From the NCBI GenBank assembly GCA_033764955.1, contig JANRIL010000029.1, positions 1 to 64,000 of the forward strand: a stretch of DNA of 64,000 nt. The letters run 5' to 3'. A program made the position numbers and the translations under genes. Below, one piece after another: positions 31,039-41,120 of this stretch. Below the pieces are notes generated by a model. The model was not told the DNA's origin. It saw only the letters and a program-made list of their open reading frames with translations, and searched no databases. The number at the start of each line of letters is the position of its first letter. Within the stretch, counting starts at the first letter, position 1. This DNA is from Cyanobacteriota bacterium. Lineage in GTDB: Bacteria; Cyanobacteriota; Cyanobacteriia; Thermostichales; Thermostichaceae.

Positions 31039-31494
31039 ATGATGAACACAACACCCATTCCTGCCGCCACCCGCGTTGCCCGTTGGTATGTCCTTGATGC
31101 CAATGGTCAACGACTGGGACGCCTGGCGGCTGTAGCAGCCAACCTGCTGCGCGGCAAGCACCGCCCCGACTTTACCCCCCATCTTGATACCGGCGACTAT
31201 GTCATTGTGATCAACGCAGAAAAGATCGCGGTCACGGGCAAAAAGCGCACCCAGAAGCTGTATCGCCGCCATTCCGGTCGTCCGGGCGGCATGAAGGTAG
31301 AAACTTTTCATCAATTGCAAGCTCGCTTGCCGGAACGGGTGGTGGAAAAGGCGATCAAGGGGATGTTGCCCCACACCCGCCTAGGGCGGCAGCAATTTAC
31401 CAAGCTAAAAGTCTTTGTGGGGCCTGATCATCCCCATCAAGCCCAGCAACCAGAGCTTTATCCCCTCAATACCATCCCAGGAGCTAAGTCATGA
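31039..31494 (+). CDS. rplM: 50S ribosomal protein L13
   Basis: [28 protein letters not shown]. Confidence 0.98.
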   Translation: MMNTTPIPAATRVARWYVLDANGQRLGRLAAVAANLLRGKHRPDFTPHLDTGDYVIVINAEKIAVTGKKRTQKLYRRHSGRPGGMKVETFHQLQARLPERVVEKAIKGMLPHTRLGRQQFTKLKVFVGPDHPHQAQQPELYPLNTIPGAKS

Positions 31495-31904
31495 CCCAAA
31501 CCTCGACCCAAGGAAAAGCTGTCTATTGGGGCACTGGCCGTCGGAAAACCGCGATTGCCCGTGTGCGCTTGATCCCCGGCACCGGCAACATCACGATTAA
31601 CGATAAACCGGGCGATCTCTATCTCCAGTTTCAGGAGGCGCTGATTGCCAATGTGAAAGGGCCTCTGGAAACCCTGGGATTGGAAACCGCCTATGATGTT
31701 TTGGTGCGTGCCCACGGCGGTGGTGTACGCGGCCAAGCCGAAGCGATTAAATTAGGAGTAGCCCGCGCCCTTTGTGAAATGGATCCCAACAATCGTTCTC
31801 CCCTGAAAGTGGAAGGCTTTTTGACCAGGGATCCGCGGGCGGTGGAGCGGAAAAAATACGGCCTGCGTAAGGCTCGTAAAGCGCCTCAATACTCCAAGCG
31901 CTAG
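31491..31904 (+). CDS. rpsI: 30S ribosomal protein S9
   Basis: [33 protein letters not shown]. Confidence 0.98.
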   Translation: MTQTSTQGKAVYWGTGRRKTAIARVRLIPGTGNITINDKPGDLYLQFQEALIANVKGPLETLGLETAYDVLVRAHGGGVRGQAEAIKLGVARALCEMDPNNRSPLKVEGFLTRDPRAVERKKYGLRKARKAPQYSKR

Positions 31905-32005
31905 TTCTATGAAAAGGCTGCTCAGGGTTCCCTGGTTGTCTTGGTTCCTTGACTGATAGTTCTCTTCAAGTTCTCTCGTCTCTCCAGACTTTGTGAGGTT
32001 TTGTC

Positions 32006-32227
32006 ATGGCAAAAGCAGGTTTACACCCCAAGTGGTATCCCGAGGCCAAGGTGATCTGTAATGGTGAAGTGGTAATGACCGTCGGATCGACCCAGCCTGA
32101 GTTGAAAATCGATGTTTGGTCGGGCAATCATCCCTTTTTCACGGGTAGCCAAAAGATTATTGATACAGAAGGACGGGTGGAAAAATTCCTCCGCAAGTAT
32201 GGCATGGGTGGCTCCAAGAAAAAGTAG
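32006..32227 (+). CDS. rpmE: 50S ribosomal protein L31
   Basis: HPKWY, DVWSGNHPFFTG, GRVEKF. Confidence 0.97.
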   Translation: MAKAGLHPKWYPEAKVICNGEVVMTVGSTQPELKIDVWSGNHPFFTGSQKIIDTEGRVEKFLRKYGMGGSKKK

Positions 32228-32376
32228 CGCTACTCATCTCGCTTGTTCTGAATTGCGAATACTTGGCCTCTCTCGACGGCTGTTTTCCCAGCGCTTTGGG
32301 TAAACCTCTCTTCTCCCTGTTTTGTTCAGGGCTAGCCGTTCTTAAACACGATTCGGAATCGAGGTGAAAAATTGCG

Positions 32377-33480
32377 ATGACGGCGGCACATCTTCTCAGC
32401 CAGCTCAAAAATGTTGAGTCCACCTTTCAGGAGTTGACCTTTCGCTTGGCCGATCCTGAGGTGGCTACCGATCCCGGTGAATTGCAACGGATTGCCAAAG
32501 CCCGCTCCAGCCTAGAAGCGACTGTGTTGGCCTATCACGAGTGGCAAGCCGTTGTCCGTGATCTCAAAGAAACCGAGGAGGTATTGCGGGAATCCGCTTC
32601 CGACCCGGCAATGATGGCGATGGCGAGTTCGGAACTGGCCGAGCTTCGCCATAAGCAGGATGATCTGGAGGAGCGCCTGACGATTCTGCTTCTGCCCAGG
32701 GATCCCAACGATGACAAAAACATCATGTTAGAGATCCGCGCTGGCACCGGCGGGGATGAAGCGGCTATCTGGGCGGGGGATTTGGTAAGAATGTATACCC
32801 GCTATGCCGAGTCGGTGGGCTGGTCGGTCAAGTTGGCTAGTGCCTCCGAGGCAGAGTTGGGGGGCTTTAAGGAAGCCATCCTCGAGATCAAAGGGGATCA
32901 GGTTTACAGTAATCTCAAGTTTGAAGCCGGGGTGCATCGGGTGCAACGGGTTCCCACCACTGAGACCCAAGGACGGGTACATACCTCTACGGCAACGGTG
33001 GCGGTCATGCCGGAGGTGGACGAGGTGGATGTGGTGATTGATCCTAAAGATATTGAGCTAAAAACCGCTCGTTCTGGTGGTGCTGGTGGCCAAAACGTTA
33101 ACAAGGTGGAAACGGCTGTCGATTTAATCCACAAACCGACGGGCATTCGCGTTTTTTGTACGGAGGAGCGCTCCCAGTTGCAAAACCGGATTCGCGCCAT
33201 GCAGATCCTGCGAGCCAAACTGTATGAGATTAAATTGCAGGAACAACTGGACAGTATCAGCTCCAATCGGCGGATGCAGGTGGGCACGGGATCCCGTTCC
33301 GAAAAAATTCGCACCTATAACTACAAGGACAACCGCGTTACCGATCATCGCCTCAATCAAAACTTCAGCCTAGAACCCATTTTGCAAGGGGATCTAGCAG
33401 AATTGATTCAGTCCTGCATTAGCCTCTATCAAAAAGAACTGCTCTCCGAGCTGGCTAGTTCTAACTCTGGTCATACTTAA
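32377..33480 (+). CDS. prfA: Peptide chain release factor 1
   Basis: [18 protein letters not shown] (PxT) motif, GGQNVNK, RTYN. Confidence 0.97.
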   Translation: MTAAHLLSQLKNVESTFQELTFRLADPEVATDPGELQRIAKARSSLEATVLAYHEWQAVVRDLKETEEVLRESASDPAMMAMASSELAELRHKQDDLEERLTILLLPRDPNDDKNIMLEIRAGTGGDEAAIWAGDLVRMYTRYAESVGWSVKLASASEAELGGFKEAILEIKGDQVYSNLKFEAGVHRVQRVPTTETQGRVHTSTATVAVMPEVDEVDVVIDPKDIELKTARSGGAGGQNVNKVETAVDLIHKPTGIRVFCTEERSQLQNRIRAMQILRAKLYEIKLQEQLDSISSNRRMQVGTGSRSEKIRTYNYKDNRVTDHRLNQNFSLEPILQGDLAELIQSCISLYQKELLSELASSNSGHT

Positions 33481-33504
33481 ACTGGTCATGATTAGCCTGG
33501 TCAT
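33467..33504 (+). repeat. Three CTGGTCAT direct repeats with 15-bp period
   Basis: Copies at 33467, 33482 and 33497, spanning the prfA stop. Confidence 0.7.
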
Positions 33505-33727
33505 CACGAGAATGAAAGCAATTTGAGGAGAACTGGGCACAAATTCAGCCGAATTCCCATCTGATCAAGTCTATTGCTATCATCGGCTCATGAATGCTTT
33601 ACCCCTGTTGGGGTAGTCGTCAGTGAGGGCTTGACCTGCCATGAGTGGGATCCGAGAAGTCCCTCGTTGGTGACTCCTAGGTTTTAAGTGTGCTGTTGGT
33701 TGACTGAATTTTGACGGAAATGCCCCC

Positions 33728-34606
33728 ATGGAACCCAAACCTCCTCTTCGCCCCCTCAAACCTGCCGTTGCCCCCTCCACTGAGTCGGTCACCTCCAAGG
33801 GATCGTCGGCAATGGTGGGGTTAGCCCAGCCCCTAGCTGAATTGAGCGAAGCGGTGGTGGAGTCTAGCGAAACCCGCTTGCAGCCCATCCCCCCCCCCAG
33901 TGAATCCATGCAGTATCGGGCGATTGGCTTGGTGGAAGGGCAATATTTACCCTCTCCAGAACAGTTTACCCGTGGGGTTTTGCAGACCCAGGATGGCAGC
34001 GAGTTGGATGCGGTGCTGTTGGGGCGGGTCATGAATATCGTCCGCAAGCATCTGGAAGCCGATAAATCCTACCTTTGGGTGGTTTATCCCCGCACCCGCG
34101 AGAAGGAGCAGTCCCTCCACGTCCAAATTATGGGGGTTTGGGCACCGCAGGAGATGGGGCAGTCTATGCCTGAGGGGATTACCGCCACCCCTACCCCTGA
34201 TTACTTTTCCATTCGCGGGGAGATTGTTTTTCAGTCCCACGATCAGGGATTTGTTATTGTCAAAATTCGCCAAACCAGCAAAAAATCTCCCCCCCAGCGG
34301 GATAAACCCCAATCCTTCAAACTGCGCTTGGAGGGATCCCTTCCCAACAAAGGGGTAGGGGATTTTTGGGAGTTTGAGGTCTGTCGCAAGGGATCCCAGT
34401 TGGAGATCCTGTCGGGAAAGGCGATTGATCGGGTACCCAAACCTGTGCCCCGTCCTCGCAAGCCCCAGCGCAAACCACCACGGCCTCAACTGGCGGGATC
34501 GGAGGGTTACCAACCGAATAAATGGGGTGGTCGTTATCCTCTGCCTTCCCCCACCCCCACTGAGCGCCCTAGCAAACCCATCAAGAAAAAACCACCCCAA
34601 AGCTAA
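33728..34606 (+). CDS. Conserved cyanobacterial hypothetical protein with Pro/Lys-rich termini
   Basis: Core QYRAIGLVEGQYLPS, DAVLLGR, LWVVYPRT, FSIRGE resembles a family I recall from cyanobacteria; function unknown. Confidence 0.75.
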   Translation: MEPKPPLRPLKPAVAPSTESVTSKGSSAMVGLAQPLAELSEAVVESSETRLQPIPPPSESMQYRAIGLVEGQYLPSPEQFTRGVLQTQDGSELDAVLLGRVMNIVRKHLEADKSYLWVVYPRTREKEQSLHVQIMGVWAPQEMGQSMPEGITATPTPDYFSIRGEIVFQSHDQGFVIVKIRQTSKKSPPQRDKPQSFKLRLEGSLPNKGVGDFWEFEVCRKGSQLEILSGKAIDRVPKPVPRPRKPQRKPPRPQLAGSEGYQPNKWGGRYPLPSPTPTERPSKPIKKKPPQS

Positions 34607-34766
34607 GTAAGTGGGAGGGTCTCCCACCGTTGCCACGCTCTCCCCAGAGAAATTAAAGAGTAAGGGATATTGGCGGCAGATTGACTGTGGGAGTCAACCC
34701 TCACAAAACTCATTTAGCAGGTAGACTAACCAAAGATTCATGCTGTGAGGCCGCGAGTGAGGAATC

Positions 34767-35840
34767 ATGCACAAATTCTGGCGTAATGGGTGGCAACGGT
34801 GGTGGGGATTACTTCTGGTGATCTCCCTTAGTTTGACGGCCTGCTCCGGCTCCGATTCGGATAGTCCCACCAGCGTAGCTCCGACTCCCACCCCGACCCC
34901 TACCATCAGTAATGATCCGGGCACCGTGGTGGTAGGGATCCCGATCCGCTCCATTGGTAGCCTTAAGCTGATCGGGTTGCCTATGCTCGTGGGGGGTGGT
35001 TCTACAGAATTGTTGCTCGATACCGGATCGGCGGGGGTGCGGGTGTTAAGTGCGGATGCTGGTAATGCCACCCGCACCAGCACACCTTCGATTGTGACCT
35101 TCGGAGATGGCACCCAGTTTCGCGGCGTATTGGGGAATGCGGTGGTGACCTTGGGATCCCTTGCTACGGAGGATGCCATCACCGTGCAGTTAGTGGATGA
35201 GGTGGTCTGTGTGGATGGCACCTCTAACTGTTCCAAGGAGATTTTTGATGGAACCGGATTCTTTTCGGGCATCGTGGGCACCTCGCTTGGCAACCGTACC
35301 TCCAACGCCAGTTTGTTTAGCCCGATTGCCCATCTCCCGACTCCCTTTGACTCTGGCTATGTCATCCGCACGGGAGGCTTTGGCTCTGGCGAGGGAACGA
35401 TGGATCTGGGGCTAACCGACAACAATACGGCAGGTTTTGCGGTGCGTTCCATTCCCCAGGTGGGGATATTCCCAGATGGCACCCCTAGCTATGACGACGA
35501 GGCGTTGCAAGTGGCGCATACCATCAGCAACACCTCCATTCAAAATAGCCTGGGTAATACTATTTTTGACACTGGATCGTCGGATATCTTCTTGAGTCCG
35601 CAGGCTCTGGGCAGTGCGCCGTTCTCCACCACCTTTTTGCCCGCGGGCAGCAGTTGGCGGGGAGTGTTGGACGGTGGCTTTGTTTATGAAATTCAGGTGA
35701 CTACACCGATTACTCCCGGCATTGACCGAATTTTTGTGGATGGCACTAACGATTTTCAGGTGCTGGGGATGCCCTTGTTTTTCCAGTTTGATACCTTCTT
35801 TGACATTGATCGGGGGCGAATTGGCTTTCGGGCGCGCTAG
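34767..35840 (+). CDS. Pepsin-like aspartic protease lipoprotein (DUF3443-like)
   Basis: Lipobox LTAC, Pro/Thr linker, two catalytic motifs LLDTGS and IFDTGS, hydrophobic-hydrophobic-Gly motifs (IVG, VLG), C-terminal RIGF. Confidence 0.8.
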   Translation: MHKFWRNGWQRWWGLLLVISLSLTACSGSDSDSPTSVAPTPTPTPTISNDPGTVVVGIPIRSIGSLKLIGLPMLVGGGSTELLLDTGSAGVRVLSADAGNATRTSTPSIVTFGDGTQFRGVLGNAVVTLGSLATEDAITVQLVDEVVCVDGTSNCSKEIFDGTGFFSGIVGTSLGNRTSNASLFSPIAHLPTPFDSGYVIRTGGFGSGEGTMDLGLTDNNTAGFAVRSIPQVGIFPDGTPSYDDEALQVAHTISNTSIQNSLGNTIFDTGSSDIFLSPQALGSAPFSTTFLPAGSSWRGVLDGGFVYEIQVTTPITPGIDRIFVDGTNDFQVLGMPLFFQFDTFFDIDRGRIGFRAR

Positions 35841-35902
35841 CCAGTCTCTGGATTCTTTGAAGGGAGTGGGATCCCAACCAATTGGTACCAGCTCCCTAAC
35901 CG

Positions 35903-35937
35903 ACTCAATAACCATGCACTCAATAACCGCATCAATA
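35903..35937 (+). repeat. ACTCAATAACC direct repeat (2 copies plus a partial, 15-bp period)
   Basis: Copies at 35903 and 35918; partial TCAATA at 35932, just upstream of the GAGGAG RBS. Confidence 0.6.
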
Positions 35938-35950
35938 GAGGAGACCCATC

Positions 35951-36451
35951 ATGCCAGCCCATTCATCTCGCCATCAACCCTTCTCCTGGTTAGCCTTGGG
36001 GCTACGCTGTTTGTGGCTGGTGGCGATGGTCGTTAGTTTGTTAGGAGGGGTAGGAATGGGGGCTGAGGCGATTGGACTGGGGGATGACTTATCTGGCACT
36101 ACCCCCTCCCAGTGGTGGCGGCAGGGGGACAAATCCTATCCCGTTGTGGAACTGAGCACTGACCGTGAGGCGGTGACAGCCGTCGCCAACAGTGAGCAAA
36201 AAGTCTTTCAAATTCAGGTGCAAAGTACGGCGGACTTGCCACCGGATCCAGCTAACTATTTGGGATCCTATGCTGGATTGGCTGCCGAGGTGGTGGGAAT
36301 CGTGCCTTTACGGGGAAAAACCTTGCGCTACAGCGAGGGATCCCGTACCGCCGTCTGGACGGTCTATGGCATGAGTGGAAATTTTGTAGCTCAGGCTACC
36401 AGTTTGGATCTGGCTCCGCCTGAGCTGGTGACTTCTCCTGATCAGCCGTAG
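35951..36451 (+). CDS. Exported protein, DUF2844-like
   Basis: Signal peptide ending AEA; pattern Y-x-V-x-E...KVF...P-P-D...LGSY...GNF...P recalls DUF2844; GAGGAG RBS. Confidence 0.6.
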   Translation: MPAHSSRHQPFSWLALGLRCLWLVAMVVSLLGGVGMGAEAIGLGDDLSGTTPSQWWRQGDKSYPVVELSTDREAVTAVANSEQKVFQIQVQSTADLPPDPANYLGSYAGLAAEVVGIVPLRGKTLRYSEGSRTAVWTVYGMSGNFVAQATSLDLAPPELVTSPDQP

Positions 36452-36461
36452 GCTGCGCCCG

Positions 36462-36623
36462 TTAAGACTCTGGCGTGGGGGTGACAATGACTGGTGCGCC
36501 CACATTATCCCCGCCGGAAGCACAGGCCGTTAGGGGTAGTAATAAGGCCAAAAGCAAGCCCACCATCGCCAATCCTCGGCTAAACGGATGGGCAGAATGG
36601 GTGGATGCATGGATGCATGACAT
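36462..36623 (-). CDS. 53-aa small lipoprotein (absent from the ORF track)
   Basis: Hand translation: MSCIHASTHSAHPFSRGLAMVGLLLALLLPLTACASGGDNVGAPVIVTPTPES*. GAGGAG RBS 9 nt upstream; lipobox LTAC. Confidence 0.7.
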   Translation of the reverse strand: MSCIHASTHSAHPFSRGLAMVGLLLALLLPLTACASGGDNVGAPVIVTPTPES

Positions 36624-36798
36624 GATGGTCTACTCCTCACCAATAACAATGGATAATTTGCAAAGCACCTGAACCAGAATAGCTGGCCTGGAAGCTTACC
36701 CTATCCTAAAGGGATGCCCACAACGTTTGAGAATTGTTAACAACTTTCCCCTGGGGGATCCCATAGGGCTAGGGGGGGCTGGATGGGATGGTTGCAGG

Positions 36799-37947
36799 TT
36801 AGCTGGTTGGAGCTTGCTTGCCTGTTGCTTCTTCCCAAACGGAATAGTCCACTACCTTGGCGTCGGGATCCGCCTGCAAAATCCCCAAGGACTTGAGGGT
36901 CTCCACATTGGCCGTGAACACCTGCGGATCTAACAATCCGGCGTTGCCCTCTAGAGTTGGGCCAGCTTGATAGAGTTTGGCAATTTCGCTCATCTGCCAG
37001 GTTTGGTGTTTCACTGGGTCAGCCTCCGAACCGGATCCCTTACAGGTCTCGCCACAGAAACTAAGTACCGTTTGCACGGTTTCCGCTGGGTTGTTGACGG
37101 CATAGTCCCAGCCGGCGAGAGAGGCTTTCAGCAGTTTGGCGGCAACGGTTTTGCCCGATAGACCGGATCCCTTAAAGTTGCTTTCTGCCAAGACTTTTTC
37201 GGTGGTGAAGATCAAATCTTCCAGCAGATTGATGTCATAGTCTGGTAGTGCCATGACCGTGAGTTGATCCAGGGGATAACCCAATCCAACAATTTGATTG
37301 AGTTCGTTGTAAACCATCGCCGAGGCCACATCCACCTTGTCAGGGAAAACCTGAGCCGGATCGAAGCCATAGGTGACCAGTTCTACATCGGGGTTGCTGA
37401 CGCTGGTGTCCAGGGAGGTGGTGAGATTCACCTTTTTGAGCAACGCCAAGGCTGGATATTCATTGCCGGAGGGCCAAATGCCGATTTTCTTGCCCTTAAA
37501 GTCTTCGGGCTTGCTGATATTGGTGGATTTGAGAGCAACCATGGCATAGCCCGATTTCTGGAACATCTGAGCTATATGTACCACTGGTAAACCTTGGGCA
37601 CGCGCCGTCAATAGATCCGTAATCCAGGTGGTGCCAAAATCCGCTCCTCCCACCGCCACCGTTTGAATGGGCGACTGATCGCCAATCGGCAGGAGAGTGA
37701 CCTTTAAGCCCTCCTGCTCATAAAACCCTTTCTCTTGCGCCACCAGGTATCCGGCAAATTGGGACTGAGGAAACCACTTCAGTTGCAGCTTTACCTCGAT
37801 GGGTTTGCTTTGGGCATGGCTGATCGGTGGGGTGGGATCCCCGCCGATCGCGGTTAACATCACGCTGATCCCCAACAGCAGGGAGAGAAACGGGAAAAAA
37901 CGTCGCCGCGAGAGGCGGGAGCGCAGGCGCAGAAACAGGGTATTCAT
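36799..37947 (-). CDS. NMT1/THI5-like ABC transporter substrate-binding protein
   Basis: LQLKWFPQSQFAGY..A.EKGFY..EGL, ADFG, DFKGKKIG; Tat-like SRRRFF signal. Confidence 0.88.
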   Translation of the reverse strand: MNTLFLRLRSRLSRRRFFPFLSLLLGISVMLTAIGGDPTPPISHAQSKPIEVKLQLKWFPQSQFAGYLVAQEKGFYEQEGLKVTLLPIGDQSPIQTVAVGGADFGTTWITDLLTARAQGLPVVHIAQMFQKSGYAMVALKSTNISKPEDFKGKKIGIWPSGNEYPALALLKKVNLTTSLDTSVSNPDVELVTYGFDPAQVFPDKVDVASAMVYNELNQIVGLGYPLDQLTVMALPDYDINLLEDLIFTTEKVLAESNFKGSGLSGKTVAAKLLKASLAGWDYAVNNPAETVQTVLSFCGETCKGSGSEADPVKHQTWQMSEIAKLYQAGPTLEGNAGLLDPQVFTANVETLKSLGILQADPDAKVVDYSVWEEATGKQAPTS

Positions 37948-38009
37948 ACTGGACAACTCTCCGGTGATTTAAGATGCCATGACTGTGCAAGATTGATTCG
38001 GTTCCAAGT

Positions 38010-38023
38010 GTAATGGATACTAC
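38010..38023. promoter_or_regulatory. Putative NtcA box
   Basis: GTA-ATGGATAC-TAC is an exact GTA-N8-TAC, 62 nt upstream of the NMT1-like start. Confidence 0.5.
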
Positions 38024-38073
38024 GGTTTTGGTTGGGGATGAAGGTTACGGATCCCTAATCTGCCGCTGGAGGA

Positions 38074-39057
38074 TTAGGCTTGGTGCTGTTGTTGACTGAG
38101 GCTAGCTATGGGTTGCAGGGCAAAGAAGGTTTCAAACATTTTCTCTCCCAGATTGTTCATCTGTCCTTGCAAATCATCCAGAAACTCGTGCAGCCCCCGT
38201 TTGATAATTTCCTCAATGGTGAGATAGTCCAATTCGGAGCGCAGACGACCCAGGGCACGTTCTACCGGGTTCCGCCAACTGCCCGTGGGTGTGCCCGTAA
38301 TTTGCCGGAGGGAACGATCCGCCTGAATTAAACAAAACTGGATGGAACGGGGAAACTCCCGATCCAAAAGCAGAAACTCCGTTACCTCCGTGGGGTTGAT
38401 GCGGTGTTGCCGGCTGCGCTTGCGATACATCTCGTAAGCACTGGCTGACTTGAGCAGTGCGATCCATTGCAGTTCGTCTAGGGCAGTTCCGACATATTGG
38501 ACGGAAGGCAGCAAAATATAGTATTTCACATCCAAGATACGGGCTGTTTTGTCGGCTCGTTCCAGCAGTCGCCCCAGTTGGCCAAAATGCCAGCCTTCTC
38601 CGTGGGTCATGGTGGCATCCATCACTCCAGCAAACAGGTGACTAGCCAGTTTTACCTCCGTAAAAAAATGGTGTAATTCGGGTAACGTTTTTGCCTGAGA
38701 TGCTTCCTTGACCATCAGATAGAAGTTGTTGACCCGCTCCCACATCTCCGAAGAAATAATTTCTCGTACAGAACGGGCGTTCTCCCGTGCCATCTGTAAG
38801 CAGGAGAGGATGGAATTGCCATAGTCGGCATCAAAAGCCAAAAAGGAGACCACTGTCTCTAGGGTGGCTTCCCCATAGCGCTCTTGAAAGATGGCCTGAT
38901 CCCCGGTGGTGGCAATAATCGGATCCCATTGCTGAGCAAACCCTGCCGGAGTGTCCAAAATCAAGTTGAGATTGACATCCACAAACCGAGCAATATTTTC
39001 GGCGCGTTCGACATAGCGGTTTAACCAATAAATAGAATCGGCGACGCGGCTCAGCAT
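38074..39057 (-). CDS. Alpha-E domain protein (DUF403)
   Basis: MLSRVADSIYWLNRYVERAEN.AR, ARENAR, LERADKTARILDVK, FPRS. Start reassigned to 39057. Confidence 0.92.
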   Translation of the reverse strand: MLSRVADSIYWLNRYVERAENIARFVDVNLNLILDTPAGFAQQWDPIIATTGDQAIFQERYGEATLETVVSFLAFDADYGNSILSCLQMARENARSVREIISSEMWERVNNFYLMVKEASQAKTLPELHHFFTEVKLASHLFAGVMDATMTHGEGWHFGQLGRLLERADKTARILDVKYYILLPSVQYVGTALDELQWIALLKSASAYEMYRKRSRQHRINPTEVTEFLLLDREFPRSIQFCLIQADRSLRQITGTPTGSWRNPVERALGRLRSELDYLTIEEIIKRGLHEFLDDLQGQMNNLGEKMFETFFALQPIASLSQQQHQA

Positions 39058-39305
39058 GATGATTGCCCATAAAATCTTTTTCTCTATCGATTTTGCCCTG
39101 GATCCTGGCGGCTTCATGATGGCAGATTGGATTACTCCCAATCCTTCCGCATCCTTCTGGAGCTTGACCAAATCCTCCCTAAGAATCCCAACAAGGTGCT
39201 GTCCTGATCCAGGGATCCCCTGTTAAACTGTAGTATCAATCACACCCCAGATAGGGATCCCCTGCTTGGGTTCCTTCTCTCTACCTTTTCATTGCTGAGG
39301 TTCCT

Positions 39306-41099
39306 GTGGCAACTGGTGGATTTGCATTAGTGGACAGCCTACATCGGCATGGTGTCCAACATATTTTTGGCTATCCAGGTGGAGCCATCCTACCTATCTA
39401 CGATGAACTGTACAAGGCCGAGGCCAACGGGATCCTCCAACATTTTTTGGTGCGCCATGAACAGGGAGCTGCCCACGCCGCCGATGGATATGCCCGCGCC
39501 ACGGGCAAAGTGGGGGTGTGTTTTGGGACTTCTGGGCCAGGAGCCACCAACCTCGTGACCGGCATCGCCAACGCCATGATGGATTCAGTGCCGATGGTGG
39601 TGATCACCGGGCAAGTGCCCCGCAAAGCCATTGGCACCGATGCCTTTCAAGAAACTGATATTTTTGGCATTACCCTACCGATTGTCAAACATTCTTATGT
39701 GGTGAGGGATCCCCGCGATATGGCGCGGATTGTGGCGGAAGCCTTTCATATTGCCAGTACGGGGCGACCAGGACCTGTGTTGATTGATATTCCCAAAGAT
39801 GTTGGCTTTGAGGAGTTTGATTATCAGCCCTCCCTAGAGGTGAACCTGCCGGGATATAAACCCACCGTCAAAGGCAATCCTCGACAGATCCATGCGGCGG
39901 CCAAGTTGATCGTCCAGGCGGAGCGGCCTCTCCTCTACGTGGGGGGAGGAGCGATTATTTCTGGTGCTCATGTCGAGGTGTTGCAACTGGCGGAGAAATG
40001 GCGGATCCCGGTCACCACGACCCTGATGGGCAAGGGGGTGTTTGACGAAAACCATGCCCTCTCAGTGGGGATGTTAGGGATGCACGGTACGGCCTATGCC
40101 AACTTTGCTGTGACGGAGTGTGATCTGCTGATCGCGGTGGGAGCCAGATTTGATGATCGGGTGACGGGCAAGCTAGATGAATTTGCCAAACATGCCAAAG
40201 TGATCCATATCGATATTGATCCGGCGGAAGTGGGCAAGAACCGCGCGCCAGAGGTGCCAATTGTCGGGGATGTGCGAACGGTTTTGCTGGAGTTGTTGGC
40301 GCAACTGGAGAAACTGCCGGTCAATCCTCAGTTAACTCTGGCTTGGTTAGAGCGGATTGATCGCTGGCGGCATGACTATCCTCTGCAAGTGCCCACCTAT
40401 GAGGGCAAACTTTCTCCCCAGCAGGTGATTGATGCCTTCCGTCGCCATGCGCCCCATGCTTACTACACCACCGATGTTGGTCAGCACCAGATGTGGTCAG
40501 CCCAGTTTCTGCGGAATGGGCCGCGCCGTTGGATTTCCAGCTCTGGGCTGGGAACGATGGGTTTTGGCTTTCCGGCGGCGATGGGGGTGAAGGTAGCTCT
40601 CCCTCAGGAAGAGGTGATTTGCATCAGCGGGGATGCCAGCTTTCAGATGAACTTTCAGGAGTTGGGCACGGTGTCTCAATACGGCATTGCCGCTAAAGTC
40701 GCCATCATTAACAACGGCTGGCAGGGCATGGTGCGGCAGTGGCAGCAAGCTTTTCACGGAGAGCGTTATTCCCACTCCAATATGGTGGGGGGAATGCCAG
40801 ATTTTGTCAGGCTGGCGGAGGCTTTTGGGGTGAAAGGGATCCGTGCGGAACACCCCGACCAACTGGAGGATGCTGTGCAAGCCATCCTGCAAACGGATGG
40901 GCCGGTGGTGGCGGATTTTGTCGTGAAACGGGACGAAAACTGTTATCCGATGGTGCCCAGTGGCAAATCCAACGCCCAGATGATCGGGCTGCCGGATCGA
41001 CACCTGGAAAAAGCCGCCGAGCTGATCTATTGCCCCAGTTGCGGAGCCAAAAGTCCCTCCACCCATAAGTTTTGTGCGGAGTGTGGAACTAAGCTCTAG
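39306..41099 (+). CDS. ilvB: Acetolactate synthase large subunit with C-terminal zinc ribbon
   Basis: [47 protein letters not shown]; tail CPSC...CAEC. Confidence 0.95.
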   Translation: MATGGFALVDSLHRHGVQHIFGYPGGAILPIYDELYKAEANGILQHFLVRHEQGAAHAADGYARATGKVGVCFGTSGPGATNLVTGIANAMMDSVPMVVITGQVPRKAIGTDAFQETDIFGITLPIVKHSYVVRDPRDMARIVAEAFHIASTGRPGPVLIDIPKDVGFEEFDYQPSLEVNLPGYKPTVKGNPRQIHAAAKLIVQAERPLLYVGGGAIISGAHVEVLQLAEKWRIPVTTTLMGKGVFDENHALSVGMLGMHGTAYANFAVTECDLLIAVGARFDDRVTGKLDEFAKHAKVIHIDIDPAEVGKNRAPEVPIVGDVRTVLLELLAQLEKLPVNPQLTLAWLERIDRWRHDYPLQVPTYEGKLSPQQVIDAFRRHAPHAYYTTDVGQHQMWSAQFLRNGPRRWISSSGLGTMGFGFPAAMGVKVALPQEEVICISGDASFQMNFQELGTVSQYGIAAKVAIINNGWQGMVRQWQQAFHGERYSHSNMVGGMPDFVRLAEAFGVKGIRAEHPDQLEDAVQAILQTDGPVVADFVVKRDENCYPMVPSGKSNAQMIGLPDRHLEKAAELIYCPSCGAKSPSTHKFCAECGTKL

Positions 41100-41120
41100 T
41101 TTTTGAGGGTTTTTGAAGAT

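Noticed and set aside
30532..31374. 280-aa minus-strand ORF
   Set aside because: Antisense to truA and rplM; shadow ORF.
33947..35305. 229-aa and 203-aa minus-strand ORFs
   Set aside because: Antisense to better-supported plus-strand genes; no motifs.
36475..36672. 65-aa plus-strand ORF
   Set aside because: The opposite strand holds a better ORF with an RBS and lipobox (36462-36623).
37948..38073. Possible TPP riboswitch upstream of the THI5-like gene
   Set aside because: The conserved CTGAGA and downstream TPP aptamer elements are not evident on the minus strand.
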